Assembly: GCA_045863235.1 (NCBI GenBank)
Contig: BTUM01000007.1
Coordinates: forward strand, 64,001 to 128,000
Direction: 5' to 3'
Source of the DNA: Candidatus Xenobia bacterium
GTDB taxonomy: Bacteria > Vulcanimicrobiota > Xenobia > Xenobiales > QWHO01
Length of the DNA stretch: 64,000 bases
Of this stretch, positions 53,426-62,021 are shown one piece after another. The notes under the pieces were generated by a model. The model searched no databases. It saw only the letters and a list, made by a program, of their open reading frames with translations, and had not been told where the DNA came from. The stretch's first letter is position 1; each line of letters opens with the position of its first letter. Both the position numbers and the translations under genes were made by a program.

Positions 53426-53513
53426 AAGGTTACTCTTTCGTTTCCAGTCTGTTACAAGATTGTGAAGCGGCCCTTTCATGGGCCTTTCAGCCTCTCTGGG
53501 TAGAATGGGCAGG

Positions 53514-54533
53514 ATGCAAATTCATGCTTTCAGCAGATCTCTTGCCTCCCTCGGCTCGCCTCGTTCGGCGGCTTCCGAGCCCGCCTCGGGGGATCGGGTC
53601 ACCCTGTCGCACCCGGCCGGCTGCGCGTGCTGCCAGCCGGCCACGGGGCCCGTGCCAGCCGGCCAGCCCTCCTTGCGGCAACGCCTGGACGCCCTGAAGC
53701 TCAAGCCCGAGGAAGTAACCCACGTTCTCTATCACGACCCTTGTTTCGATGGCTACGGGGCAGCCTGGGCTGCCCACCGGGCGCTGGGAGACCGGGCTCA
53801 GTACATCGGGGTCAACTATGACGAGCCGGTGCCCGAGCTGCCCAGGGACGCAAAGGTTGCCATCGTGGACTTCAGCTACCCCCGCGAGAAGCTTTTGGCC
53901 CTGAAAGAGCAGGTAGCCGACCTGGTGGTGCTCGACCACCACAAGACCGCCGAAGAGGGCCTCCAGGGCCTCTCTTTCGCCGTCTTCGAGAAGACGCGGG
54001 CGGGCGCCGGCATCGCCTGGGAATACTTTCATCCGCACAAAGCCGTGCCAGCCCTGGTCTCCTACGTAGAGGATCGCGATCTGTGGAAGTGGGAGCTGCC
54101 CCAGAGCCGCGAGGTATCCGCCGCTCTGGCCAGCTATCCTCGTGAATTCTCGGTCTGGAACCAGCTGGATACCGACCTGGAGAGGCTCAAGACCGAAGGG
54201 GGGGCCATCCGGCGCTACAAGGACCAGCTGGTGGAGGCCACTCTGGAGCGGGTGCGCACGGGGAACATCCGCGGCTATCAGGTGCCCATCGTGAACACTC
54301 CCGCCGAGCTTCGCTCGGAAGTGGGCGATGCCATGTGTGAAAAGTTCCCAGAAGCCCCCTTCGTGGCCCTCTACTTCGACGACGCGCAGGGCGATCGCAA
54401 GTGGTCGCTTCGCTCGCGGGGCGAGTTCGACGCCACCACGGTGGCCAGGACCTTTCCGGGTGGAGGGGGCCATCCTCAGGCATGCGGCTTCGAGCAGCCC
54501 CGGGCGAACCTGAGCGAGGAGTGGTTGGCCTGA
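53514..54533 (+). CDS. DHH/DHHA1 phosphoesterase (NrnB-like)
   Basis: YH.PCFDG, VDFS, LDHHKT, EDRDLW, WSLRS and GGGH motifs; TAGAAT at 53501 suggests a short leader. Confidence 0.9.
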   Translation: MQIHAFSRSLASLGSPRSAASEPASGDRVTLSHPAGCACCQPATGPVPAGQPSLRQRLDALKLKPEEVTHVLYHDPCFDGYGAAWAAHRALGDRAQYIGVNYDEPVPELPRDAKVAIVDFSYPREKLLALKEQVADLVVLDHHKTAEEGLQGLSFAVFEKTRAGAGIAWEYFHPHKAVPALVSYVEDRDLWKWELPQSREVSAALASYPREFSVWNQLDTDLERLKTEGGAIRRYKDQLVEATLERVRTGNIRGYQVPIVNTPAELRSEVGDAMCEKFPEAPFVALYFDDAQGDRKWSLRSRGEFDATTVARTFPGGGGHPQACGFEQPRANLSEEWLA

Positions 54534-54538
54534 CGATC

Positions 54539-54604
54539 AGCGGTCGAATTCTTCAGCGACGACAGGAGCGGTCGAATTCCTCAGCGACGACAGGAGCGGT
54601 CGAA
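54539..54604. repeat. 28-bp tandem repeat, about 2.4 copies, duplicating the trmB 3' end
   Basis: AGCGGTCGAA starts at 54539, 54567 and 54595; one mismatch between the full units. Confidence 0.9.
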
Positions 54605-55516
54605 AGTTTGGTGCAGGGCATCCAGGGCACGCTGGACTCCGCGAGTGGGGTAGAAGACGCATCCCGGAGCCGGCCGCAGGTGCCAGGCGCCTTCCGAGGG
54701 GGTGAGCTCGATCCAAAGGTCCTGGTGGAGGGGCTCTTCCACCACGAACACCCGCACCATGGCCTTCTGACGCTCGCGGTCGAAGACCAGGTCACGGAAC
54801 TGCACTCGGAAGGCTCCCTCAGCCACCGTCTCGGGCAGATTCCAGCGATCGGGGAATTCTTTGACCACGTAAGTGCGCACGGGAACCTCCGCAGGACGGG
54901 GAGCGGGGGGAGCCGGTCCCTCGGGATAGAGCCACGATTCAAAAAATTCTTGCTGTCCTTCGGAGGTCCAGCGCCGTTCGTACTTGGTGTTCAGAGAAGC
55001 CGGCACGGTTCGAGTCTGGATCTTATACCCGGCTGCCGGCGCGTTGGCCTGGATCTGCTGGAACAGGGGCTCGAAGTCGGTCACGATCCAGATCCCCCCG
55101 TCCGGCTTCAGACGATGGCGCAGCAACCCCAAGAACTCCACCGAGAACAGGCGATGACGCTCGTGGCGACGCTTGGGCCAGGGACAGGGGAACAGGATGG
55201 TGACCTGGCTCAGACAGTCGGATGACAGGCTCCATTCCACCATCTGGCGGGCGTCGCCTTGCATCACTCGCAGGTTGGTCAGTTTCTCCTGGGCGGCCCG
55301 ACGCAGGGCCCGCCGCACCGACTTCCACTCCAGGTCGATGCCCAGGAAGTTCTTCTCACGCTCCGCGCTGGCCGTTCGGACCAGGAACTCACCGTTACCA
55401 AAGCCGATCTCCAGCACCACCGGCGCCTGGCGTCCGAACAGTGTTCCCAGGTCCAGTGGGCGCGGGCTCGAGCGCCAGCAGACCAGGGGCGCCAGGGAGA
55501 GATACTTGCCCTGCAT
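54581..55516 (-). CDS. trmB: tRNA (guanine-N7)-methyltransferase with C-terminal extension
   Basis: LEIGFGNGEF, FPCPWPKRRH..RL, VTD and TKYE motifs. Confidence 0.93.
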   Translation of the reverse strand: MQGKYLSLAPLVCWRSSPRPLDLGTLFGRQAPVVLEIGFGNGEFLVRTASAEREKNFLGIDLEWKSVRRALRRAAQEKLTNLRVMQGDARQMVEWSLSSDCLSQVTILFPCPWPKRRHERHRLFSVEFLGLLRHRLKPDGGIWIVTDFEPLFQQIQANAPAAGYKIQTRTVPASLNTKYERRWTSEGQQEFFESWLYPEGPAPPAPRPAEVPVRTYVVKEFPDRWNLPETVAEGAFRVQFRDLVFDRERQKAMVRVFVVEEPLHQDLWIELTPSEGAWHLRPAPGCVFYPTRGVQRALDALHQTFDRSCRR

Positions 55517-55765
55517 GGCCAGTTTGCTTCTGGGCCACGCTGAAATGACCTGGAGGCGCGGCCGGAAAGGTTTCGCGTAGGCTGGGTCGATCCCCGTCAG
55601 GATGTGCCAGGAGGGCCGATGAGGCCTGGCCTGACCTGAGAGGCTTGACCGGACCTGGGACCCAGCTCGCTGTCAATCGGGTTGTGTTGGTCGGAGACAT
55701 GTCCTCCATTGAGGGAGTCTCCCCCAGGTTCCACCCGAGGTCGAGGCCTTCGGCTGCCGACCCCT

Positions 55766-56290
55766 CTACTCGGGAACGACGTACAGCGTACGGTCCGGCT
55801 TGTTGAAACCCTCCATCTTCTCGGTCGGCACGCCGAATGTGGCCGCGAACGTCCGGGTGGGGACACCGGCGAAGCTGGTCGAGATCCCGATGTCCTGGGG
55901 CTTGCTGTTGTTGAAGCAAATTGCCAGTTCGCACTCGGTGTCGCCAGCGTTCTCCAGGTAGTGGAGGTAGCCTTGGGGGATGAACCCGACATCGCCCGGG
56001 TTCAGCACGACCTCGTCGAAGGTGTCGTCCGGATTGACGACCCCCAGGCGCACCTGGCCTTTCACTACGAAGTTCAACTCCCAGCAATTGGGGTGCCAGT
56101 GGGGCTCGCGCAGCCCCTTGGGCTCCAGACGCACGTAGTATACGGCTGCCGCCTGACCGGTGACCACCGGGAATACGTCCTGGTCGCAGACGCTGACTGA
56201 CCCAACGGACGTTTTGACGACGGGGGTGATGCTGGTAAGGGGGAAACGGTGCGTGGGCCCGCCGGCTTTCAGGGTTGGTTTACTGTCCAT
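55766..56290 (-). CDS. Cupin, oxalate decarboxylase/oxidase-like single domain
   Basis: REPHWHPNCWE and GDVGFIPQGYLHYLEN motifs. Confidence 0.88.
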   Translation of the reverse strand: MDSKPTLKAGGPTHRFPLTSITPVVKTSVGSVSVCDQDVFPVVTGQAAAVYYVRLEPKGLREPHWHPNCWELNFVVKGQVRLGVVNPDDTFDEVVLNPGDVGFIPQGYLHYLENAGDTECELAICFNNSKPQDIGISTSFAGVPTRTFAATFGVPTEKMEGFNKPDRTLYVVPE

Positions 56291-56504
56291 GCGCGACCGG
56301 TTCGAGCAGTCGGCGTTCAAGCCTGCCCGTGAGACGCACAGAAAGTGACGACCGTTTCGGACGCGCAATCAAGGGCTCCAGTCCAGAGGAACGGGGGTAG
56401 ACCAGGGATTGGCTGCTCCCGGAACTCATCCACCCTACTGGAAGGGCGATTCTCCTGCCGCTCGAACAGTATGCGACCATCAAAGTTCTTCAAGGAGTCG
56501 CCGA

Positions 56505-58121
56505 ATGCACAAGTGTAATGTTCTGCTCGGAGTCCTGGCGGGGGGAATACTGTTCTGCGCCGGGTGCTCGGGGAGCACCGAACCGAACGTGACCACAGCG
56601 ACTCCGCCTAACCCAAGCGCGCTTGACGTGCAGCTGAGGCAATTGGCCCAACAGAACGGGGTCACCCCGCTGGATAATCCGATTCCCACCGATCCTCCCA
56701 ATGGCAGTGCCCGGGCCCAGATCTTCCTGGGTCAGCAGCTTTTTCGAGACAAAGCTATCAGCGGTAACGCCAGTATCTCCTGTAACAGTTGTCATACGAC
56801 GGCCCAGAACCTGGGAGACGGGATGTCGATCGGCGTGGGCCAGGATGCGCAGGGTACCGCTCCCTTTCGACGTAACGGCTTTCAGACGGGCTTCCTGAAT
56901 ACCAGTGGGCTCCGCGTCCCTTATTTCCACCGCAACTCCATGCCGCTGTTCAATGTGGGCTCTGAGTTCTGGCGCGTTCGTCTCTGGGATGGACGGGTTC
57001 AGGAAGGCACCCAGACGATCGGCAATCTCGAGAGCAATGGCCAGTTCATCTCCCCGGCCGGCAACTTGCTGCCCCTTGGCTTCGACAACGTAACGGCCGT
57101 GCTGGAATGCTTCCCGCCCACGACCGATCGCGAGATGCTTGGAAACATCGGTGATCATCGTCGCAATCCCCAGGACACGATGGTCTACACTGGCCCCTTG
57201 AACGAGGTCGCGTCGGCAGGCATCTCTCAGGTAGAGGGAACCCAGGAAGGCAGCGACCCCGAGTTTGCCGACCAGATCGGCGCCATTATGGGGCGACTGT
57301 CGGGTCCTCTGAATCTGGCGGGCGAGCCCAACCCCTACATCGAGCTGTTCCAAGCCGCTTACGGCCATCCGCCGATCAACGGCCCCCAGGGCTACGTCGA
57401 CGTAGGAAACGCCATGTCGGCCTTCTTGAAGGTGGCGTTCACCTATATCAACAGTCCTTTCGAACAGTATCTGCGGGGCGACGACACTGCTCTCAACGCC
57501 CAGGAGAAACGCGGCATGCTGGTGTTCTTCACCAATGGGCGCTGCGTGGCGTGCCACAACGGACCGCTGCTCACCGACCAGGACTTCCACAACATCGGTG
57601 TGCCGCAGATCGGTCCGGGAAACATCGCCGGCCTCGATTCCACGGCTCCCAACGGCGAGATCGCCACCAAGAGCGACTACGGCCGCTTCGGGCGCACGCT
57701 GATCGAGAGCGACAAGTTCAAGTTCCGTACGCCCACGCTGCACTCCACCGCTCTGACGGGGCCTTTCATGCACGACGGCACTTTCTTCACGCTGGAAGCC
57801 GCCGTGCGCCATCACCTGAACGTCCAGGGCTCGTTCCAGACGTACAATGCGGCGCAGGTGTTCCCGCAGCAATTGCTCGACCCTAATCTGGGCGGCGGGC
57901 CGGTGAACCGCGATCCGATCCTCACCACCAACCTGGATCCGGTCGTGGCCAACGGCATCCCGCTGACCGAGGAGGAGATCCAGGACCTGCTGGCTTTCCT
58001 GAACGCTTTGACCGACCCCGCCGCGCTTACCACCCTGGACCGCGCCAACCCGACGGGCCGATTCGCGACCATCAGCCCCAGCGGCATGCCGATCAGCGAC
58101 AGTTTTGGCGGCAACCCCTAG
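56505..58121 (+). CDS. Di-haem cytochrome c peroxidase/MauG family lipoprotein
   Basis: Lipobox CAGC; haem motifs CNSCH and CVACH; FRTPTL and GPFMHDG; AAGGAG RBS. Confidence 0.92.
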   Translation: MHKCNVLLGVLAGGILFCAGCSGSTEPNVTTATPPNPSALDVQLRQLAQQNGVTPLDNPIPTDPPNGSARAQIFLGQQLFRDKAISGNASISCNSCHTTAQNLGDGMSIGVGQDAQGTAPFRRNGFQTGFLNTSGLRVPYFHRNSMPLFNVGSEFWRVRLWDGRVQEGTQTIGNLESNGQFISPAGNLLPLGFDNVTAVLECFPPTTDREMLGNIGDHRRNPQDTMVYTGPLNEVASAGISQVEGTQEGSDPEFADQIGAIMGRLSGPLNLAGEPNPYIELFQAAYGHPPINGPQGYVDVGNAMSAFLKVAFTYINSPFEQYLRGDDTALNAQEKRGMLVFFTNGRCVACHNGPLLTDQDFHNIGVPQIGPGNIAGLDSTAPNGEIATKSDYGRFGRTLIESDKFKFRTPTLHSTALTGPFMHDGTFFTLEAAVRHHLNVQGSFQTYNAAQVFPQQLLDPNLGGGPVNRDPILTTNLDPVVANGIPLTEEEIQDLLAFLNALTDPAALTTLDRANPTGRFATISPSGMPISDSFGGNP

Positions 58122-58192
58122 CTAGGAGACTGATGCAAAACCGGTTGTGGCGGCGGAGCTCTGCCACTACAAGAAATTGTGTAGGGCATCAG

Positions 58193-58301
58193 CCTGGCGC
58201 AGGATGATGCAAAAGCCCTCTTCGAGGACTTTTGCATCATCTCTGCCAGGCCAGGAGCGCAGCCGGAAACCCATTGACGACACGCCTTTCCGGCTGTGCG
58301 C
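58193..58301. repeat. Two long hairpins between convergent genes (terminator or REP-like)
   Basis: GATGATGCAAAAG/CTTTTGCATCATC at 58203-58241 and GCGCAGCCGGAAA/TTTCCGGCTGTGC at 58257-58299. Confidence 0.7.
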
Positions 58302-58366
58302 GCCCAGCATATTGTTCGCTGGCGGAGGTGGGGGCCGGGGCCCCCGAGGGACTTTAGACCTGGACC

Positions 58367-59401
58367 TCAGGATTCCGACGACTCTCTGGTCTTCTCGCGG
58401 GCTTTGGCGCGAAACACCCAGTACACCGTCCCCGTGTAAGCCAGCGCCAGGGGCATGCCCACCAGCGCCACCCAGCGCATCGTGCTGAGCGTGCCCTGAC
58501 TGGAGGCTGAGTTGTAAATCGTCAAGTTCAAGCCAGGGTCGGCGTGGGACGCGATCAGGTTGGGGAACAGCACGGCGGCGTAGAGGAAGGCCAGGCACGC
58601 GATGTTGGCGGCCGACAGCATGAACGCCACCACGGGACGGCTATGCGCGAGGGCAAGTCCGGAGCCCACCATCAGGGCGAGCTTGAGGCCCATTGCGACG
58701 CGCGCGATAGCCAGGTGGACGAGGCTGGTGTATTCCCAGAACACGTATTTCCAGGCATAGTATGAGACAGCAGCGTAGCTCAGGAGGTAGATGATCCAGA
58801 AAATCCAGGCGGCCCGTGTCACGCGGTCGAGCAGGGCTCCCGGCTCGATTCGCATGCGGAGAAACAGCGTTCCATGGAGCGCGAAAAGCATAATGGTCTT
58901 GAAGGCCACCAGGCCCGCCCCCACCGAGAAGAGGTCCGCCAGCGTGCCGGCGAATTCGTGGTGGGTCCCGAGCGGTACGCCCGCAAGGGCGTTGGCGATC
59001 ATGCACCCGAACACAGCCGAGGTGAGCAGACAGGCCGCTCCCAGCGCCAGATCCCACAGCTTGCGCCACCAGGACCAGGTCTCATGGTCACGCAGCTCCA
59101 TCGCGACCGCGCGCAGAAGAAGTGCGGCCAGCAGGGCCATGAAGGGCAGATAGAACCCGGAGAACGCGGCAGCGTAGGCGTCCGGAAAGGCTCCGAAGAA
59201 GGCGCCGCCGAAACAGACCAGCCAGACCTCGTTGCCGTCCCAGAGGGGGGCGATCGTGCTCAGGAGCGTTCGCTTCTCCGCCTCGGTGCGCGCCAGCAGG
59301 TTGAGAACGATGCCCACGCCCAGATCGAATCCGTCCAGAATGGCATAGGCCGTCAGCATGACGGCCAGAAGCACGAACCAGAGGACGTTCAGGTCGGTCA
59401 C
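58367..59401 (-). CDS. cydB: Cytochrome bd ubiquinol oxidase subunit II
   Basis: LDGFDLGVG, PLWDGNEVWL and LTIYNSASS motifs; GTGA coupling to cydA. Confidence 0.96.
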   Translation of the reverse strand: MTDLNVLWFVLLAVMLTAYAILDGFDLGVGIVLNLLARTEAEKRTLLSTIAPLWDGNEVWLVCFGGAFFGAFPDAYAAAFSGFYLPFMALLAALLLRAVAMELRDHETWSWWRKLWDLALGAACLLTSAVFGCMIANALAGVPLGTHHEFAGTLADLFSVGAGLVAFKTIMLFALHGTLFLRMRIEPGALLDRVTRAAWIFWIIYLLSYAAVSYYAWKYVFWEYTSLVHLAIARVAMGLKLALMVGSGLALAHSRPVVAFMLSAANIACLAFLYAAVLFPNLIASHADPGLNLTIYNSASSQGTLSTMRWVALVGMPLALAYTGTVYWVFRAKAREKTRESSES

Positions 59402-60804
59402 TCGTTCACCCTGGATTTGGCGCGGGATACCACGCTGTCTGCCCATCCCCTGGCCAGGCTCTGGTTGGTGCCGAGCGCGAAGACCTCCGGGCCGGCCTGG
59501 ATCCGCCGCTTGAGGGTGTAGAGCCAGAGCAGGCCCATCAGAAAGTAGATGACCAGGAACATGAGGATGGATGCCAGCACATGCGAGGCCTGAACGGCCT
59601 CGCTGATGGCGTCGCTGGTGCGGAGGAGCTTGTACACGATCCAGGGCTGCCTCCCCACCTCGGCGGCGACCCAGCCGGCCTCGTTGGCCAGGAAGGCTGC
59701 CGGAGCGCCCATCATCAGGAGGACCAGGAGCCAACGTTGGCGCTCCAGGCTCTTCCGCCAATGGAAGAATAGCCCCACGTACGCCACCGTGGCCATGTAG
59801 ACCCCTAGAAACGCCATCAGGTGAAACGAGAAGAAGGAGAGGGGGAGGGGAGGCCAGTCCTGCTCAGGGGTCTGGTCGAGCCCGGGAACCGGCTTGTTCT
59901 CGAGCGAGTGATAGGTCAGGATACTGAGCAGCCACGGTATCTCGATCGCGTAGCGTAGCTTCTTGGCCTCTTTGTCGGGCCAGCCGATAAGGGCGAAGGA
60001 CGACCGCCCGGTGCCGGTTTCGAAGTGACCCTCGAAGGCCGCCAGCTTGGTCGGCTGGTGCTGCGCCACCATTCGGGCGCTCGAGTCCCCCGAAACCATC
60101 ACCAGGGTGCAGGCGATGGCTGCGTAGAACAGACCCAGCCTCAGCATGATAGGGGTCATGTCCGGGTGCTGCTTGCGCAGCGCGTACCAGGCGGAGATCG
60201 CCAGCGAGAAGTAGGCACCCAGCACGAACGCGGCCAGCCAGACGTGCACCAGGCGGTCCACGGTGGACGGGTTGAGCACCATCGCCCAGAAGTCCGTGAC
60301 GTGCGCCCGAGCATTCAGGCCTGTTCCCACGATCGTGTACCCTGCCGGGGTCTGCATCCAGGAGTTGGCGATCACGATCCAGATGCTGGAGAAGATCCCT
60401 CCGAACATCACCATCGTGGTGCAGAAGAAGTGAAACCTGGGGGAGACGCGGTTCCAGCCGAACACGACGACGCCGAAGAACCCTGTCTCCAGGAAGAAGG
60501 CGAAGATTCCCTCGGACGCGAGCGCCGTGCCGAAGATGTCCCCCACGAACCGCGAGTAGGCGGCCCAGTTCGTCCCGAACTGGAACTGGTTCACGATGCC
60601 AGTGGCCACGCCCATCACGAACGTCACGCCGAAGAGCTTGGTCCAGAAGTGGGCGATGGAAAGGTAACGAACGTCCTTCGTCTTGAGGTAAAGCCCCTCG
60701 GCCACCACCATCAGCACACTCAGCCCGATCGTTAGCGGCGGGAACAGGTAGTGGAACATGATGGTCATCGCAAACTGAAGGCGGGAGAGGATAACGACGT
60801 CCAT
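59398..60804 (-). CDS. cydA: Cytochrome bd ubiquinol oxidase subunit I
   Basis: [25 protein letters not shown] and EVGRQPW motifs. Confidence 0.97.
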   Translation of the reverse strand: MDVVILSRLQFAMTIMFHYLFPPLTIGLSVLMVVAEGLYLKTKDVRYLSIAHFWTKLFGVTFVMGVATGIVNQFQFGTNWAAYSRFVGDIFGTALASEGIFAFFLETGFFGVVVFGWNRVSPRFHFFCTTMVMFGGIFSSIWIVIANSWMQTPAGYTIVGTGLNARAHVTDFWAMVLNPSTVDRLVHVWLAAFVLGAYFSLAISAWYALRKQHPDMTPIMLRLGLFYAAIACTLVMVSGDSSARMVAQHQPTKLAAFEGHFETGTGRSSFALIGWPDKEAKKLRYAIEIPWLLSILTYHSLENKPVPGLDQTPEQDWPPLPLSFFSFHLMAFLGVYMATVAYVGLFFHWRKSLERQRWLLVLLMMGAPAAFLANEAGWVAAEVGRQPWIVYKLLRTSDAISEAVQASHVLASILMFLVIYFLMGLLWLYTLKRRIQAGPEVFALGTNQSLARGWADSVVSRAKSRVNE

Positions 60805-61030
60805 CAGGTGCCTCTCCTTTGTGGGATGGGCCCGATCCCCTGCGTTCGGATGTTCAAAGAGCTAAGGGCCAGGAAAACTGCTCGAAACTTTCTCAATGGT
60901 GGTTATCGACGGCTGCGTCCTTCTGCATTTACTCCCTGAGTGCCACCATCGGCCGGGACCAACCTCGTCCCCGGCCGGGCTGCAGTCGACAAGTGGAAGA
61001 ATGACCGCCATAGCGGGCTGATGTGGTCTG

Positions 61031-61624
61031 CTAGTTGCGCGGAGCGGCGGAGAACACGTTGGTCTGAACTTCCATCTGCATCGAGTTGGGACGGCGCCGC
61101 TGGGCTACGATGGTCAGCCCCAAGACTCCCCCCAGGTCCTGGACCTGGAAGCTGGTGACCGAGCGGGCCAGGACTCGTCCGCCTACCAGGCTGTTGGCCA
61201 GGGGCTGGCCGGTGTACTGCTCGATCGGCACCACGGCGCTGGTGGGGGGAACGATGGGCACCTCCAGGTAACGCACCTCGCCCGAGGGGGCGTCGAAATA
61301 GTAGAGCTGATAGCTCTGCCAGATCAGCTCGCTGGTGGTGGGGTCGATGGCGAAAACCCCGGCCGGGGTGATGGCCGAGGGCAGGCTGCAGGCATTCCCG
61401 GTGGCTGACAGGCTGATGGCCGACAGGCTTGCCGTCTCGGTCTCGCGCACCCAGCGTCCTCCGACCGCCTGGCCCTGTTGCTGTAGCTCGGCCAGCCCAT
61501 CGGCTTTGAACCAGGCCCCGATGCCCATGCGGAAGATGGCGAAGATGGCTGCGGTCAGGATGGCCAGGATGCCGGCTCCAACCATCGTCTCGAGCAGGGT
61601 GGCTGCCCGCTGATCAGGGCGCAT
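61031..61624 (-). CDS. Minor pilin/pseudopilin (PilW/PulJ-like)
   Basis: QRA-ATLLET prepilin-like N-terminus followed by a hydrophobic helix. Confidence 0.78.
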   Translation of the reverse strand: MRPDQRAATLLETMVGAGILAILTAAIFAIFRMGIGAWFKADGLAELQQQGQAVGGRWVRETETASLSAISLSATGNACSLPSAITPAGVFAIDPTTSELIWQSYQLYYFDAPSGEVRYLEVPIVPPTSAVVPIEQYTGQPLANSLVGGRVLARSVTSFQVQDLGGVLGLTIVAQRRRPNSMQMEVQTNVFSAAPRN

Positions 61625-62021
61625 AGAAACAGCTCTCCGTCATCACCCGGTGCTGTTGCTGCCAGCGAACCTCGACTCGCACGGCCACGAAGTCCGGGCG
61701 GATCGGCTGGGTGGTCACGAACAGGGTGAAGGGCAGATTGGCCACCGCGGCGGTGGGGTAGGGCGCGGGCGGAAAGCCGGCCACCGTAGGGGTGGGAATG
61801 GAGCCATCGAAGGTCAGGGCGTTGTGCGGGACGTTGCCTGAAACGCGCACCTGCTCGAGCAACTGGCGGGCGAGCTGGGTGGCCGCTTGGGCGTCGCGCG
61901 ATTGGGCCAGCAGGCGTAGACCCGAGGTGAAGACCCCGATCAGGGCCAGCATCGCCACCGCCAGGATGCCCACGGCCAGCATGATCTCGGCCAGGTTGAT
62001 GCCTCGCCGACGCGAATTCAA
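61614..62021 (-). CDS. Minor pilin (PilV-like)
   Basis: RRRG-INLAEIM prepilin motif; VRVEVRW C-terminal strand. Confidence 0.82.
   Translation of the reverse strand: MNSRRRGINLAEIMLAVGILAVAMLALIGVFTSGLRLLAQSRDAQAATQLARQLLEQVRVSGNVPHNALTFDGSIPTPTVAGFPPAPYPTAAVANLPFTLFVTTQPIRPDFVAVRVEVRWQQQHRVMTESCFYAP

Noticed and set aside
55517..55765. Possible structured RNA between trmB and the cupin gene
   Set aside because: Only weak GC-rich stems, with no recognisable riboswitch, tRNA or terminator pattern.
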